DNA of 64,000 nt from an uncultured virus (IMG/VR IMGVR_UViG_3300009502_000043). Its lineage: Duplodnaviria > Heunggongvirae > Uroviricota > Caudoviricetes. Position numbers and translations under genes: made by a program. This document shows positions 10,241 to 20,021 of the stretch, one piece after another. The notes beneath the pieces are model-generated. The model was not told the origin of the DNA, did not search any database, and was given only the letters and a program-made list of their open reading frames with translations. The DNA lies in the IMG/VR virus record IMGVR_UViG_3300009502_000043. One strand, given 5' to 3'. Within the stretch, counting starts at the first letter, position 1; every line of letters begins with the position of its first letter.

Positions 10241-11188
10241 ATGAATAAAGAAACGACATTACTTGAAAAATACTTTCCTAAAGACTTTGATGGATTAAAA
10301 CTTCCAACAAGGATAAAACAAGTAATATTGGAAACTCAGAAAAAAGAAGGTTATAGATTACTTATGTATTCCAGCCCAGGAACTGGTAAAACCACAACCT
10401 CAAGACTATTAACAATTGGTCCCGAATATGAAACAATGTATTTGTCAGGATCAAATGATTTTAAAATTGATACTTTACGTTCAAAAGTAATGTCATTTGC
10501 TTCAGGATTTTCTGTTCTTGGTAAGAAAAAATGTGTTATTATTGATGAGTTTGATGGTGTTCGTAATGATCTTCAAATTGCATTTAAAATAATTCTTGAC
10601 CAATGTAAAAAGGTTAATTTTATTTTCATAACAAATGAAATTGAAAAAATAAATGAAGCTGTTAGATCACGTTGTACAAATTTAGAATATGATTTTTCTG
10701 GTAAAGATTTGGAAGAACAAAAATTAACATTTATTGATTTTGCAATAAATGTTTGTAAAACTGAAAAAATAGTTTTTGATAAAGAAGGAATGAAAGCATT
10801 GTTTCAATTAGATTTTCCTGATTTCAGACATTTATTGGTAAATTTACAACTTATTAAAGATGCTAATGAACAGATAACCGCTGCAAATATTAAGAAATTT
10901 GCAGAATGTGGAAGACAAAATATTGAACTTTATAATATAATTGAAACACCTGGTATTAATGGTAAAGATTTGTATGAAGAATTAACGAAATTCAAAGGAA
11001 AAGAACGTGAATGTTTTCTTTCACTTGGTGAACCATTCTTTAATTATTTGAATAATAAAAATTTATTCGATAAAACATTAGAATCAGCAATTATTGTTTC
11101 AAAATATTCTGATTCATTTGTTCAATCAATAAATAAATTCGTGACATTAATGTCTTGTGTTATTGAACTTAAAGCTTTATTTAGATAA
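10241..11188 (+). CDS. Sliding-clamp loader AAA+ subunit (T4 gp44 / RFC-small-like)
   Basis: LLEKYFP, SPGTGKTT, IIDEFD, FIFITN, arginine finger RSRC, FPDFR. Confidence 0.9.
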   Translation: MNKETTLLEKYFPKDFDGLKLPTRIKQVILETQKKEGYRLLMYSSPGTGKTTTSRLLTIGPEYETMYLSGSNDFKIDTLRSKVMSFASGFSVLGKKKCVIIDEFDGVRNDLQIAFKIILDQCKKVNFIFITNEIEKINEAVRSRCTNLEYDFSGKDLEEQKLTFIDFAINVCKTEKIVFDKEGMKALFQLDFPDFRHLLVNLQLIKDANEQITAANIKKFAECGRQNIELYNIIETPGINGKDLYEELTKFKGKERECFLSLGEPFFNYLNNKNLFDKTLESAIIVSKYSDSFVQSINKFVTLMSCVIELKALFR

Positions 11189-11190
11189 TC

Positions 11191-11634
11191 ATGGAAGAAT
11201 TAAAACAACCACCAATCGGATTAGTACCAAAAGAAATTTGGGCAAAAAATATAAGAATTGATAGACACAATTTAATAGTTTCAGCAATAAAACGTTATAA
11301 TCAAACTGATAAACAAATTCCATCTGAATGGCTTTCAGAATTAATTGAATTAGAAGAATATATAAGACAATTAACACCAAAAGGTTTTGTAGAAACAAAA
11401 AAATTTCATTATGAAACAAGAATAATGATAATTCCCAATCATATTTTTGCATTAGAATTACATGCTTTACATTCATTTATGGAAACTATTTTAAATTCTT
11501 GGGGTGAAAAAGGATTTTGTATTGTAAATTCAACTATCGGAGATACTAAGGAATTTTTTATAAAATATAGAGATTTATATTATCAAAATAAAGATGTTGT
11601 AGTTGAGTATTTTGGATATTTTGAAATGAAATAA
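11191..11634 (+). CDS. hypothetical protein
   Basis: 147 aa ORF, N-terminal PPIGLVP motif. Confidence 0.6.
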   Translation: MEELKQPPIGLVPKEIWAKNIRIDRHNLIVSAIKRYNQTDKQIPSEWLSELIELEEYIRQLTPKGFVETKKFHYETRIMIIPNHIFALELHALHSFMETILNSWGEKGFCIVNSTIGDTKEFFIKYRDLYYQNKDVVVEYFGYFEMK

Positions 11635-11636
11635 TT

Positions 11637-12188
11637 ATGGTTTATGTAATGTTGTCGAAAGTAGATTCAGTTATTCAAAAATTAATTATTCGATATGTTA
11701 AAGAAAAAATTAAATTTGAAAACATAGAATATAGATTTATCTATAATCCAAAACATATTTTTGAATCAACTCTTGTCAATATTAATAAAGATAAGGATAT
11801 TGTTTTATGGAATCCAAATGTTGCTGGAGATAATATTTCGGTTGTTAATGAATTTAAAAATAGTGTTGTTATTCTTGAAAAGCAAACATTATTTGTACAA
11901 AAAATAAGCGAATTGAATCCGATCAATGAAAACATGGCAATAAACAATGGTTTTTATTTGATTTATATCAATCCAGAAGAAACAGAAATAACAAATAATG
12001 AGTGGAAACTTGTTGTACAAGAAGATCAATATTTATTATCAATTCAAAACTTATTGGAATTAATTAGGTTAGATCAAAATAATCTTAAAAATGAACATAT
12101 TGATATTCCAATAATTTTTGATGATAAAATCAATTTAACAAAAAATCAAATAAATCTGTCAAATAATGACGAAATAGAAATGTTATAA
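11637..12188 (+). CDS. hypothetical protein
   Basis: 183 aa ORF in a tightly packed operon. Confidence 0.55.
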   Translation: MVYVMLSKVDSVIQKLIIRYVKEKIKFENIEYRFIYNPKHIFESTLVNINKDKDIVLWNPNVAGDNISVVNEFKNSVVILEKQTLFVQKISELNPINENMAINNGFYLIYINPEETEITNNEWKLVVQEDQYLLSIQNLLELIRLDQNNLKNEHIDIPIIFDDKINLTKNQINLSNNDEIEML

Positions 12189-12190
12189 TA

Positions 12191-12937
12191 ATGGAAAACA
12201 AACATAATTTTTTTATTTGGGGCCTATCAGGTTCTGGTAAAGACACAATCGCAAATCATTTACATGAAAGTTATAATTATTTGAAAATTCGTATTGCCGA
12301 TACAGTTAAACGAATTATTTGTGAAAAAGAAAATTTAACTTTTGATGAATTAGAGATTAAAAAACGAAATAATCCTGATTTAAGAAAAATGCATAATTTT
12401 ATTGGTAGATTTCTTGATGATACAAATGGTACAACAAATAGGATTAATCAATTAATTGATGGAACAGCACTTGATTATCAATTTTTTGAAAAAGAATATA
12501 TTCAAAATGTATCAAAAGTTGCATTTGATTGTAGATCAATTGAATGGTGTGAACAATTCATAAAAGCTGGTTGGACAGGTTTGTTTTTAACACGAACAAC
12601 ACAAGAATTTAAAGATTCCGGACATTTTACAGAAAACAATATTTTTGAAGGAACTTTTCAATTAATGATTGAAAAATATAAAAATAGATCACAATTTATT
12701 GTTATTCAGAATCATGATGCATTTAATACAAATCGAAAATTAATTGATTTATATGATAATGAATTTTGTAAATGTTATGCTTCTGATGGTACAGTTGAAA
12801 GTTTAACAGATATGATTGATTTGATAATTTTCAATCATGATTTATTCAAAAAAGAATGTAAAGTACCAACAGACCATTGTGAAAAATTTCTTAATCATGG
12901 TTTTGCTACTTGTAAATTATGTGAACATTATAAATAA
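12191..12937 (+). CDS. Deoxynucleoside monophosphate kinase-like P-loop protein
   Basis: GLSGSGKDT, IADTVK, R..H..IG, DCR, H..E pattern of phage dNMP kinases. Confidence 0.7.
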   Translation: MENKHNFFIWGLSGSGKDTIANHLHESYNYLKIRIADTVKRIICEKENLTFDELEIKKRNNPDLRKMHNFIGRFLDDTNGTTNRINQLIDGTALDYQFFEKEYIQNVSKVAFDCRSIEWCEQFIKAGWTGLFLTRTTQEFKDSGHFTENNIFEGTFQLMIEKYKNRSQFIVIQNHDAFNTNRKLIDLYDNEFCKCYASDGTVESLTDMIDLIIFNHDLFKKECKVPTDHCEKFLNHGFATCKLCEHYK

Positions 12938-12948
12938 TCTATAATAAT

Positions 12949-14190
12949 ATGAAAAGAATACTTTTAATTGACGGAAACTACTTGGGAATGCGTGTCTTAG
13001 GACAATTAAATATGGCAGATCAGGTGAATTACTTAGAAAGTTCAGCAGAACAACAATCATTCACAAATACATTAAATTCAAGTTTGATTAATTTATATCA
13101 AACTTTTAATAATCCTGTTGTTGGTAACTTAGTTGATCAGATTATTTTTTGTAGAGATGGATATTCATGGCGTAAACAAGTTCCACCTCACAGACCATAT
13201 TATATTAAAGAAACTGATCCAAGACCAATTGGTTATAAAGAAAATCGTGTTGAAACAAAAGAAAAATCAGCAGTAAATTATGATAATTTCAATATGTTGT
13301 ATAATCAATTTGTTGAATCTATCAAAGATAAAGTGATTGTTTTTGATCCTGCTTGTTTGGAAGGTGATGATTCATTAATGTTGATTGCAAATAAATTCAA
13401 TGGAAATCCCAATTATGAATTGATAGTTTTTTGTACTGATGGTGATTTAGTACAAATTGTCAAACCTAATTGTATGTTGATGCGAAATATTCGCAGTAAA
13501 GAATGTCCAAATGGTGAATTTGTTATTTCACTTAATAAATATGGTGAGGTATTTGAAAATCAACAAGATAAAAGATTAGCTTTTCTTGGAAACACAGTTG
13601 ATTTAACATATTACAAAAAATTATTTGGAGTTCGTATTGGAGATATGTATGGAAATGCAAAAGTTGAAAGAAAAATAAATCAAGGAATTGATATTGCAAC
13701 ACCATATAAAACAGCATTAATCAAAACTATTTGTGGTGATAAAAAAGACAATATTTTTTCAATTTTATCTTGGGAATCTTCTACAGGAAATATCAATTAT
13801 AAAATTACTGAAAAACATTTGAATACTGCCTTAAAAATTCATGGTTATTTATTAACAGAATCAAATTGTCAGAAAATACTTTCAGATAAAGATATGTTGA
13901 TGAAGTTAATGATTTCTTTGAAAAAAGTAACAAAACAAAATGATGTTCCATTAAAAACTATTGCTGAGCATCTCAGACATAATTTGAAATTGATTGTTCT
14001 TGCAAAAAGTAATATTCCTGTAGAATATTTGGAAAATTTTGAAAATATTTGGAAAGAAAAAGAAGATATGATTATGAATCAAAACTTTGATATTAATAAA
14101 TTCAAAGGTATTAAAACTGACAGAAAAGATTCAGCAACAGATGTCTTTCAAAAATCAATTCCTAATATTGAAGATATTTTAAACAGTTAA
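12949..14190 (+). CDS. rnh: 5'-3' exonuclease / T4 RNase H (FEN-like)
   Basis: LLIDGN, D..SWRK, YKENR, EGDD, DGDL.Q, GDKKDNI. Confidence 0.85.
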   Translation: MKRILLIDGNYLGMRVLGQLNMADQVNYLESSAEQQSFTNTLNSSLINLYQTFNNPVVGNLVDQIIFCRDGYSWRKQVPPHRPYYIKETDPRPIGYKENRVETKEKSAVNYDNFNMLYNQFVESIKDKVIVFDPACLEGDDSLMLIANKFNGNPNYELIVFCTDGDLVQIVKPNCMLMRNIRSKECPNGEFVISLNKYGEVFENQQDKRLAFLGNTVDLTYYKKLFGVRIGDMYGNAKVERKINQGIDIATPYKTALIKTICGDKKDNIFSILSWESSTGNINYKITEKHLNTALKIHGYLLTESNCQKILSDKDMLMKLMISLKKVTKQNDVPLKTIAEHLRHNLKLIVLAKSNIPVEYLENFENIWKEKEDMIMNQNFDINKFKGIKTDRKDSATDVFQKSIPNIEDILNS

Positions 14191-14215
14191 TAATTCTTAA
14201 TTAAAACAGATAAAT
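14188..14215 (+). promoter_or_regulatory. Putative phage promoter motif, weak variant
   Basis: TAATAAT-N13-AGATAAAT. Confidence 0.35.
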
Positions 14216-14229
14216 AAAATTAAAACAAC

Positions 14230-14739
14230 ATGAAAAATCTTGAAGCAAAAGAACACAAACCAGAATCTGATGAAGTTTTGATAAAAAATATATTGGATTA
14301 TCATGGTTTTAAGAAATTGAACATGTTCAATGATTTCAAAAAATATTTTGATATTGATAATCTTGATGCTGATAAAACACCAAAAATAATGACAGATAAA
14401 AATACAATTATTATATTTGATAATCATAAATATAATGAATGTTATTTATTAGATGTTATGAATAAATGGTTTGATCAACATCAATCACATCTTGATATTT
14501 TATTATCAACAAATTTATTATATGTTGATTCTCCAATGATGAGAAAAGCATTATTTTGTCCTGCTTTTACTCTTGATGATTATAGTACAATTGAAATACT
14601 TGAAAAAGATTTTCTTATGCCAACAATAATGATTATTAATCCTTTTGATAATCAATTTACATATTTTCAGGAAACAATAGTACCATTTGATGCACAACAA
14701 ATTGATAGTATTTTAACTTGGTTAAATATTGATAAATAA
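14230..14739 (+). CDS. hypothetical protein
   Basis: 169 aa ORF. Confidence 0.6.
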   Translation: MKNLEAKEHKPESDEVLIKNILDYHGFKKLNMFNDFKKYFDIDNLDADKTPKIMTDKNTIIIFDNHKYNECYLLDVMNKWFDQHQSHLDILLSTNLLYVDSPMMRKALFCPAFTLDDYSTIEILEKDFLMPTIMIINPFDNQFTYFQETIVPFDAQQIDSILTWLNIDK

Positions 14740-14741
14740 GT

Positions 14742-15248
14742 ATGTCTGAAAATTTTGAAGCATTAAATAACTTTCAAAATAGGTTTTTTACAAATATATT
14801 GGAATTTAATGAATATTCGAATTATGAATTTAAACAATTCGGATATAAATTATTGAATAACTTAGCTAAAGGCTATCCAAATCTTGCCAATATATTTCTT
14901 AATTTGAAAGGAATAAATTGGAATAGTGCTGAAAGTCCTGCTATTTTAAAAGCTCTTCAAAGAAAGTTTGTTAATGGATTTAATAAAGCAAGAATACCAC
15001 AATTTGTTTATTTTAAAAATCAAAAAGAAGAAAAAACAAAAACAAAAATAAAAGAATCCAAACATGGATTTATTTTTGATTCTGAAATAAAATCACAAAT
15101 TTGTAATATAATGTTTATTGATACAAAAACATATGATTATTTGCAATTTGGTGAAAAAATACAATATTTAGGACAACAACTAAATGGTGAATTTCAACAA
15201 GTTGAAAAAGCAAAAGTTTCTCGAAAAAAGAAACCAATAAATTTATAA
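14742..15248 (+). CDS. hypothetical protein (possibly clamp-loader A subunit, gp62-like)
   Basis: Size, context and a P.FVYFK..K basic patch; weak resemblance only. Confidence 0.35.
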   Translation: MSENFEALNNFQNRFFTNILEFNEYSNYEFKQFGYKLLNNLAKGYPNLANIFLNLKGINWNSAESPAILKALQRKFVNGFNKARIPQFVYFKNQKEEKTKTKIKESKHGFIFDSEIKSQICNIMFIDTKTYDYLQFGEKIQYLGQQLNGEFQQVEKAKVSRKKKPINL

Positions 15249-15267
15249 ATTACTGTTTTTCTGTTTC

Positions 15268-15316
15268 AAAAGGGAAAAATTTTCGATAAAATAAATCGAA
15301 ATTTTTTCCCTTTTTT
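15268..15316 (+). terminator. Intrinsic terminator
   Basis: AAAAGGGAAAAATTTTCGAT...ATCGAAATTTTTTCCCTTTT. Confidence 0.7.
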
Positions 15317-15353
15317 AGTTTCGTATATAAAATAACGTTTAAAAATAATCAAA

Positions 15354-15965
15354 ATGAATACAAAAATAATTATAGTGATTGTCATAGCTTTGTTACTTGG
15401 TTATTCAGTTTATATGACAAATGAATTAATAACTGTTAAAAAAGATCGTACAAGAATTGAAACTAATTTTTTCAATTCACAATTTCATTTAGATTCTATA
15501 AAAACAGCTAATGGAACATTGGATTACAGTGTTAAGACATTAGAATTGAAAAAAACTGAATTAGAAAGATTTGATGCTGATATGACAAAAACCATTGAAG
15601 ATCAAAAAATTAAAATAAAAAATCTTGAAAGTGCTAAGAAAATAGATATACGATATTTGGTTAAAACAGACTCAGTCCAATCAAAGAAAACTTCAGATTC
15701 AACATATATAACATCATTTAAAGATAATTGGGTAAATTATTCTCAAAAATTATTAATTAAATGTAAATTGAATAAAATAACTCAAGTTAAAGCTGATTCA
15801 TTAAAAATAAAAATAAGTGATGAATTATTAATTCTTGATGAAATAAATTATAAAGGTTGGTGGTTTTGGAGAAAAGCTGTTAATATTACAGTGCATATGA
15901 AATCATCAATTGATAATCCATATATGAAAATAGATCAAATACAATCATATAAACTTGTAAAATAA
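15354..15965 (+). CDS. N-terminally anchored coiled-coil membrane protein (spanin-like candidate)
   Basis: Single N-terminal TM, coiled coil, C-terminal WWFWRK and NPY. Confidence 0.5.
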   Translation: MNTKIIIVIVIALLLGYSVYMTNELITVKKDRTRIETNFFNSQFHLDSIKTANGTLDYSVKTLELKKTELERFDADMTKTIEDQKIKIKNLESAKKIDIRYLVKTDSVQSKKTSDSTYITSFKDNWVNYSQKLLIKCKLNKITQVKADSLKIKISDELLILDEINYKGWWFWRKAVNITVHMKSSIDNPYMKIDQIQSYKLVK

Positions 15966-15972
15966 TTAAATA

Positions 15973-16251
15973 ATGATTGATACTTCAAAAGAATATATAC
16001 TTTGTTCTGCTATTTCAGATCCAGATCAAGAAGATGTTGCTGGTGATTGTTTGATTTTTTGTGGATTAAGACATCATCATATTTTACATCAAGGAAAATT
16101 TGTTTCAAGACAACCTAATCATCAAGGATTTTTAACATCAAAAGGAAGATTTGTAAGTAGAACTGAAGCAAGAGAAATAGCAATTTCTTGTGGACAAGTT
16201 ACTGAAACAATAAGAACTAAAGAATTGGATAGTTCTGATTTATATAAATAA
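15973..16251 (+). CDS. Small phage protein
   Basis: CSAI...CGLRH...QGFLTSKGRFVSR.EA...A...GQ pattern. Confidence 0.6.
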   Translation: MIDTSKEYILCSAISDPDQEDVAGDCLIFCGLRHHHILHQGKFVSRQPNHQGFLTSKGRFVSRTEAREIAISCGQVTETIRTKELDSSDLYK

Positions 16252-16257
16252 TATAAT

Positions 16258-18168
16258 ATGACTGAAACAGCTGAAAAAATAAATAATTCAACAAATAATC
16301 TTAATCAAACACTTAGAGCTAAGGAAGTTTATGATCCTCGTATTTTCGATAATGAAAATACAAGTAAATCATTATGGACAAGCAAATCTGTTGAATTAGG
16401 TATAAAAGGTTTAGCTGAAGGATTCAAACTTCGTGAAAATCCATTTTTAAAATCACTAAAAGGAACACTTCTTCGTAAGTCAAATTTACCATTTGAATAT
16501 TCGGAAGAAGAACTCAAAATTCATGAAATTTGCATGAAAAATAAAGAGTTCTTTTGTGATAATTTTGGTAAATTAAAAGATGGTGAAAAAGGTTGGACAA
16601 ACATTGTTTTAAGACCATATCAAAGAAATTTATTAAAAAGATATACTGAAAATCTTCGTAATATAATAATGTTTCCAAGACAGTCTGGTAAGACAACCAC
16701 GACCGTTTTGGAAATTGTTCATTTTGCTATATATAACATTGATAAGGATATTGTTGTCATTGCTCAATCAGACAAAGTTGTAAAGGAAATTTTAGCTAAA
16801 ATTAAAGAAGCATTTGCAGGTTTACCATTTTTTATGCAACCTGGTTTCATAAGCTTTAATAAACAAGGATTTGCATTAGATAATGGTTGTCGTTTATCAA
16901 TAGGTATTGCTGCTGAGTCAGTTGTTCAGGGATTTGCATTAGATTTCCTTTATATTGATGAGTTTGCTTATATCAAAGCTTCAATGGTTGAAAAGTTTTG
17001 GACAAATATTTATCCAACACTTGTTAATAACCCTAAATCAAAATGTATAATAACTTCAACACCAAATGGTAGAAATAAATTCTATCAAATTTGGACAGCT
17101 GCAGAAGCTAAATTGAGTAGATTTGTTCCATATAGAATATATTGGCATGATGTTCCTGGACATGATGAAATATTCAAAGCAGAAACTATTGCTGAAATTG
17201 GTATTGAAGGTTGGGAAATGGGTTTTGAATGTTCTTTCGATACTCAATTACGTTCAATATTTGGTTCAAGTGTACAAAAAAGACTTAGAGTACAACAACT
17301 CAAACATGAACCACTTTGGTCAAGAAATAATCATTCAATTGGAAATGAATTTAATATCGAGTTCATTTCACAAAATGTTGTTAAATATGACTTGAAAAAT
17401 GATTATTTCTTGATTGGAGCTGACTTAGGTGAAGGATTAGAACAAGATAGCTCTGTTTTGAAAATAAAGAAAATTGATTGGTCAATTGAACATCAGAAAT
17501 TAACTTATACTTCAATAGGAATATTGAGAGATAATACAATAGCTGTTGATGATTTTGCCATAATGAATATGGATTTATCAAAACATTTTACACCAAGTCA
17601 TATTCAATTTGTTGTTGAAAATAATACTTATGGTGGTGAATATTTTTTACAAATTGATAGTTTAAAAATAAATAATCCAGAATATGCTTATTTTGAAAAT
17701 TCTGTTTTTGCTAAATTTCATAGAGAATCGAAAAAAGATTACGAAAGAGGTATAAGATGGAATGGACAAAATAAAAAGCTTGGAGTTAAATCATTTTCAA
17801 CATTAGTTAGTTCAGATACTCTTATTGAAACACATTCTTTAAGTATTGAAGAATATTTGAATTTCAGTAAACAAAAGAATGGTACATATTCTGCACAATA
17901 TGGTCATGATGACTTAGTAATGGCAGATGTTTCAATTTCACATTTTATAAAATGTAACAATTTATATTCTGTTGCATTTTTAAACGGAGTTAAAGAAGCT
18001 TTAAGATTACGTTATAATGATGAAGATATTGAAATTCGAAGACAAAAGGCAGAAAAATTAAGAAAAGAAAAATCAGTATATACTTACAATGGATTTTCAT
18101 TGAGAAATCATGATGATCATGTTGAAAAAGATTTTGACAATTTATATTTATTCGGAATGTTAGAATAA
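16258..18168 (+). CDS. terL: Terminase large subunit (T4 gp17-like)
   Basis: LRPYQ, PRQSGKTT, LYIDEFA, TSTPNG, nuclease motifs GADLGEG, VENN, HDDLVMA. Confidence 0.93.
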   Translation: MTETAEKINNSTNNLNQTLRAKEVYDPRIFDNENTSKSLWTSKSVELGIKGLAEGFKLRENPFLKSLKGTLLRKSNLPFEYSEEELKIHEICMKNKEFFCDNFGKLKDGEKGWTNIVLRPYQRNLLKRYTENLRNIIMFPRQSGKTTTTVLEIVHFAIYNIDKDIVVIAQSDKVVKEILAKIKEAFAGLPFFMQPGFISFNKQGFALDNGCRLSIGIAAESVVQGFALDFLYIDEFAYIKASMVEKFWTNIYPTLVNNPKSKCIITSTPNGRNKFYQIWTAAEAKLSRFVPYRIYWHDVPGHDEIFKAETIAEIGIEGWEMGFECSFDTQLRSIFGSSVQKRLRVQQLKHEPLWSRNNHSIGNEFNIEFISQNVVKYDLKNDYFLIGADLGEGLEQDSSVLKIKKIDWSIEHQKLTYTSIGILRDNTIAVDDFAIMNMDLSKHFTPSHIQFVVENNTYGGEYFLQIDSLKINNPEYAYFENSVFAKFHRESKKDYERGIRWNGQNKKLGVKSFSTLVSSDTLIETHSLSIEEYLNFSKQKNGTYSAQYGHDDLVMADVSISHFIKCNNLYSVAFLNGVKEALRLRYNDEDIEIRRQKAEKLRKEKSVYTYNGFSLRNHDDHVEKDFDNLYLFGMLE

Positions 18169-18180
18169 AAATTATTTAAT

Positions 18181-18819
18181 ATGAAGAGAATCATTATATT
18201 ATCGTTATTTCTTATATCGATTATTATTTGTCAAGCTCAAAGAGTTGATAAAATAATCAAAATGAAAAAATATACGAGTTATTTCAATTATGATTTAAGA
18301 GAACCATTATATGTAAAATATAAATTATATAAAGGTGGTGGTAGTAATATAAGAACAGATTATTTTTTCATAACTGGTGGAATATTTAATTCAGCAACAA
18401 GTTCAGATTATAAACTTGGAATTTATGATAAAGGACATTTAGCTAATGCTGAAGATTTTTCATATTCGCAAGAATTACTTTTACAGACATTTTATTATTT
18501 TAATTGTGTTCCACAAACACCAAAATTAAATCGTGGAATATGGAAAAAATTTGAATTTGATATTCGTAAACTTAGTCAATCAGATAGTTTATTTATTTTT
18601 GCTGGTTCAATTTTTGGAACTAAAAGATTGAACAATATTGCAATACCTGATAAATGTTGGAAAATAGTTTACTCATTATCGAAGAAAAAAATTATATATT
18701 GTTTAATTTTTAATAATGATAATAGTAATACATATGAAAATATTACATATGAAAATCTGAAAAAACAAATTAAATATAAAGTTGATTGGTCAACTTCTAA
18801 CCAAGGATTCTCGAAATAG
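18181..18819 (+). CDS. Secreted DNA/RNA non-specific endonuclease (NucA/EndA family)
   Basis: Signal peptide; YDKGHLA, N..PQ...LNRG.WK..E, IP...WKIV. Confidence 0.88.
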   Translation: MKRIIILSLFLISIIICQAQRVDKIIKMKKYTSYFNYDLREPLYVKYKLYKGGGSNIRTDYFFITGGIFNSATSSDYKLGIYDKGHLANAEDFSYSQELLLQTFYYFNCVPQTPKLNRGIWKKFEFDIRKLSQSDSLFIFAGSIFGTKRLNNIAIPDKCWKIVYSLSKKKIIYCLIFNNDNSNTYENITYENLKKQIKYKVDWSTSNQGFSK

Positions 18820-18916
18820 AAAACACATAAACAGTTATTAATCCGGTATCCACCGATTGTTTCTTGGAAGTGTATAAATTAAATGATTTAAACAATATAT
18901 ATTTTAGATAAGTGTT

Positions 18917-18994
18917 AAGCATATCCATATATGGTTGAAATTTTATAAAAGTTCTTGAAGGATAGCAAGCATATCCATATATGGTTGAAATTTT
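18917..18994. repeat. Two identical 28-bp direct repeats with 50-bp period and a palindromic core
   Basis: AAGCATATCCATATATGGTTGAAATTTT at 18917-18944 and 18967-18994; core CCATATATGG. Confidence 0.9.
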
Positions 18995-19037
18995 TAAAAA
19001 GTCTTTGGAAACATCAATAAATTTTTAATTTGCTAAT

Positions 19038-19065
19038 CCATATTATCAGAAAATAAAGGATAAAT
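19038..19065 (+). promoter_or_regulatory. Putative phage promoter motif, exact
   Basis: CCATATT-N13-GGATAAAT. Confidence 0.75.
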
Positions 19066-19092
19066 ATATTATTAATTAAAAAATTAAAAAAA

Positions 19093-19464
19093 ATGAAAAC
19101 ACAACAACAATTAGAAGATGAAAAAAATTTAGCTGTTAATGAAATGGTTATTATTGTTGCACATAAAAATATATTCACAGATTTAATGTGTACAAAAATT
19201 TTTTCATGTGATTATTTAGAAGAAAAATTGAATAATTTTATTTATTCGCTTTCATTAGAAAATTATTACATGGCAAATTATGAAATATATGTATTGGATA
19301 TTGAAAACAAAAAAATTGCTTGGTTAGATGGAGAAGATTTTAATGAAAATATGGTTGATAATTTATATTTAGAATCAGGAAATTATCAAAATATTGATGA
19401 TACTGAAAATATGAATGAATTTGTTAAAGAATTTATTGAAAATAAAGACTGGGATAATGCTTAA
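19093..19464 (+). CDS. hypothetical acidic protein
   Basis: 123 aa ORF downstream of promoter motif. Confidence 0.6.
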   Translation: MKTQQQLEDEKNLAVNEMVIIVAHKNIFTDLMCTKIFSCDYLEEKLNNFIYSLSLENYYMANYEIYVLDIENKKIAWLDGEDFNENMVDNLYLESGNYQNIDDTENMNEFVKEFIENKDWDNA

Positions 19465-20002
19465 TAATTTAGGATATACATTAACTGAAATTCTTGAAGC
19501 TAAAAAACTTTGGCTTCAAGAATTTAAAAAAGAAGAATTTATTTATCATGTTTCTCAACCAGAATATTTGAATGAAATTAAAGAAAAAGGTTTAGGATTA
19601 AAAAAAGATAAATTTGGACCAAAAAATTATTTTTCAATATATATTGAAAAAGAATATTCAGATGATGGTGAAGAAAATTTATTGGTATTTATTTTGGAAC
19701 CAAAAAAAATAAATTTAAGTTTAATTTATCCTGATCCTGAAGCATTTTTTTTGGAAGATGATTTAAAAAATGAATCAGAAGCAGTTAATATTGGATTATT
19801 TGGAGAATTTCATAAACCAATTAGTTATTGGCAAGAAAAAAATATGAATTTAGATTTACTTTATTTATTTGCATTAAAATATTCGGATATATATCATTTT
19901 ATGTATAATGAAATAATAAAATATAATGATTGTATTGTAAGAATTTATGAAAATGATGAAATTATTGCTGAAAGTAAATATGGTAAAAAAATAATATATT
20001 AA
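19457..20002 (+). CDS. hypothetical protein, possible ADP-ribosyltransferase-like fold
   Basis: IYHVS...L..I...GL followed by YFS resembles the ART/KptA-like N-terminal motif; start moved to ATG 19457. Confidence 0.45.
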   Translation: MLNNLGYTLTEILEAKKLWLQEFKKEEFIYHVSQPEYLNEIKEKGLGLKKDKFGPKNYFSIYIEKEYSDDGEENLLVFILEPKKINLSLIYPDPEAFFLEDDLKNESEAVNIGLFGEFHKPISYWQEKNMNLDLLYLFALKYSDIYHFMYNEIIKYNDCIVRIYENDEIIAESKYGKKIIY

Positions 20003-20021
20003 CTAAAAAAAATATTTAAAC

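Noticed and set aside
18917..18994. CRISPR array
   Set aside because: Only two units, a 22-bp gap, similarity extending into the would-be spacers, and no cas genes in the window.
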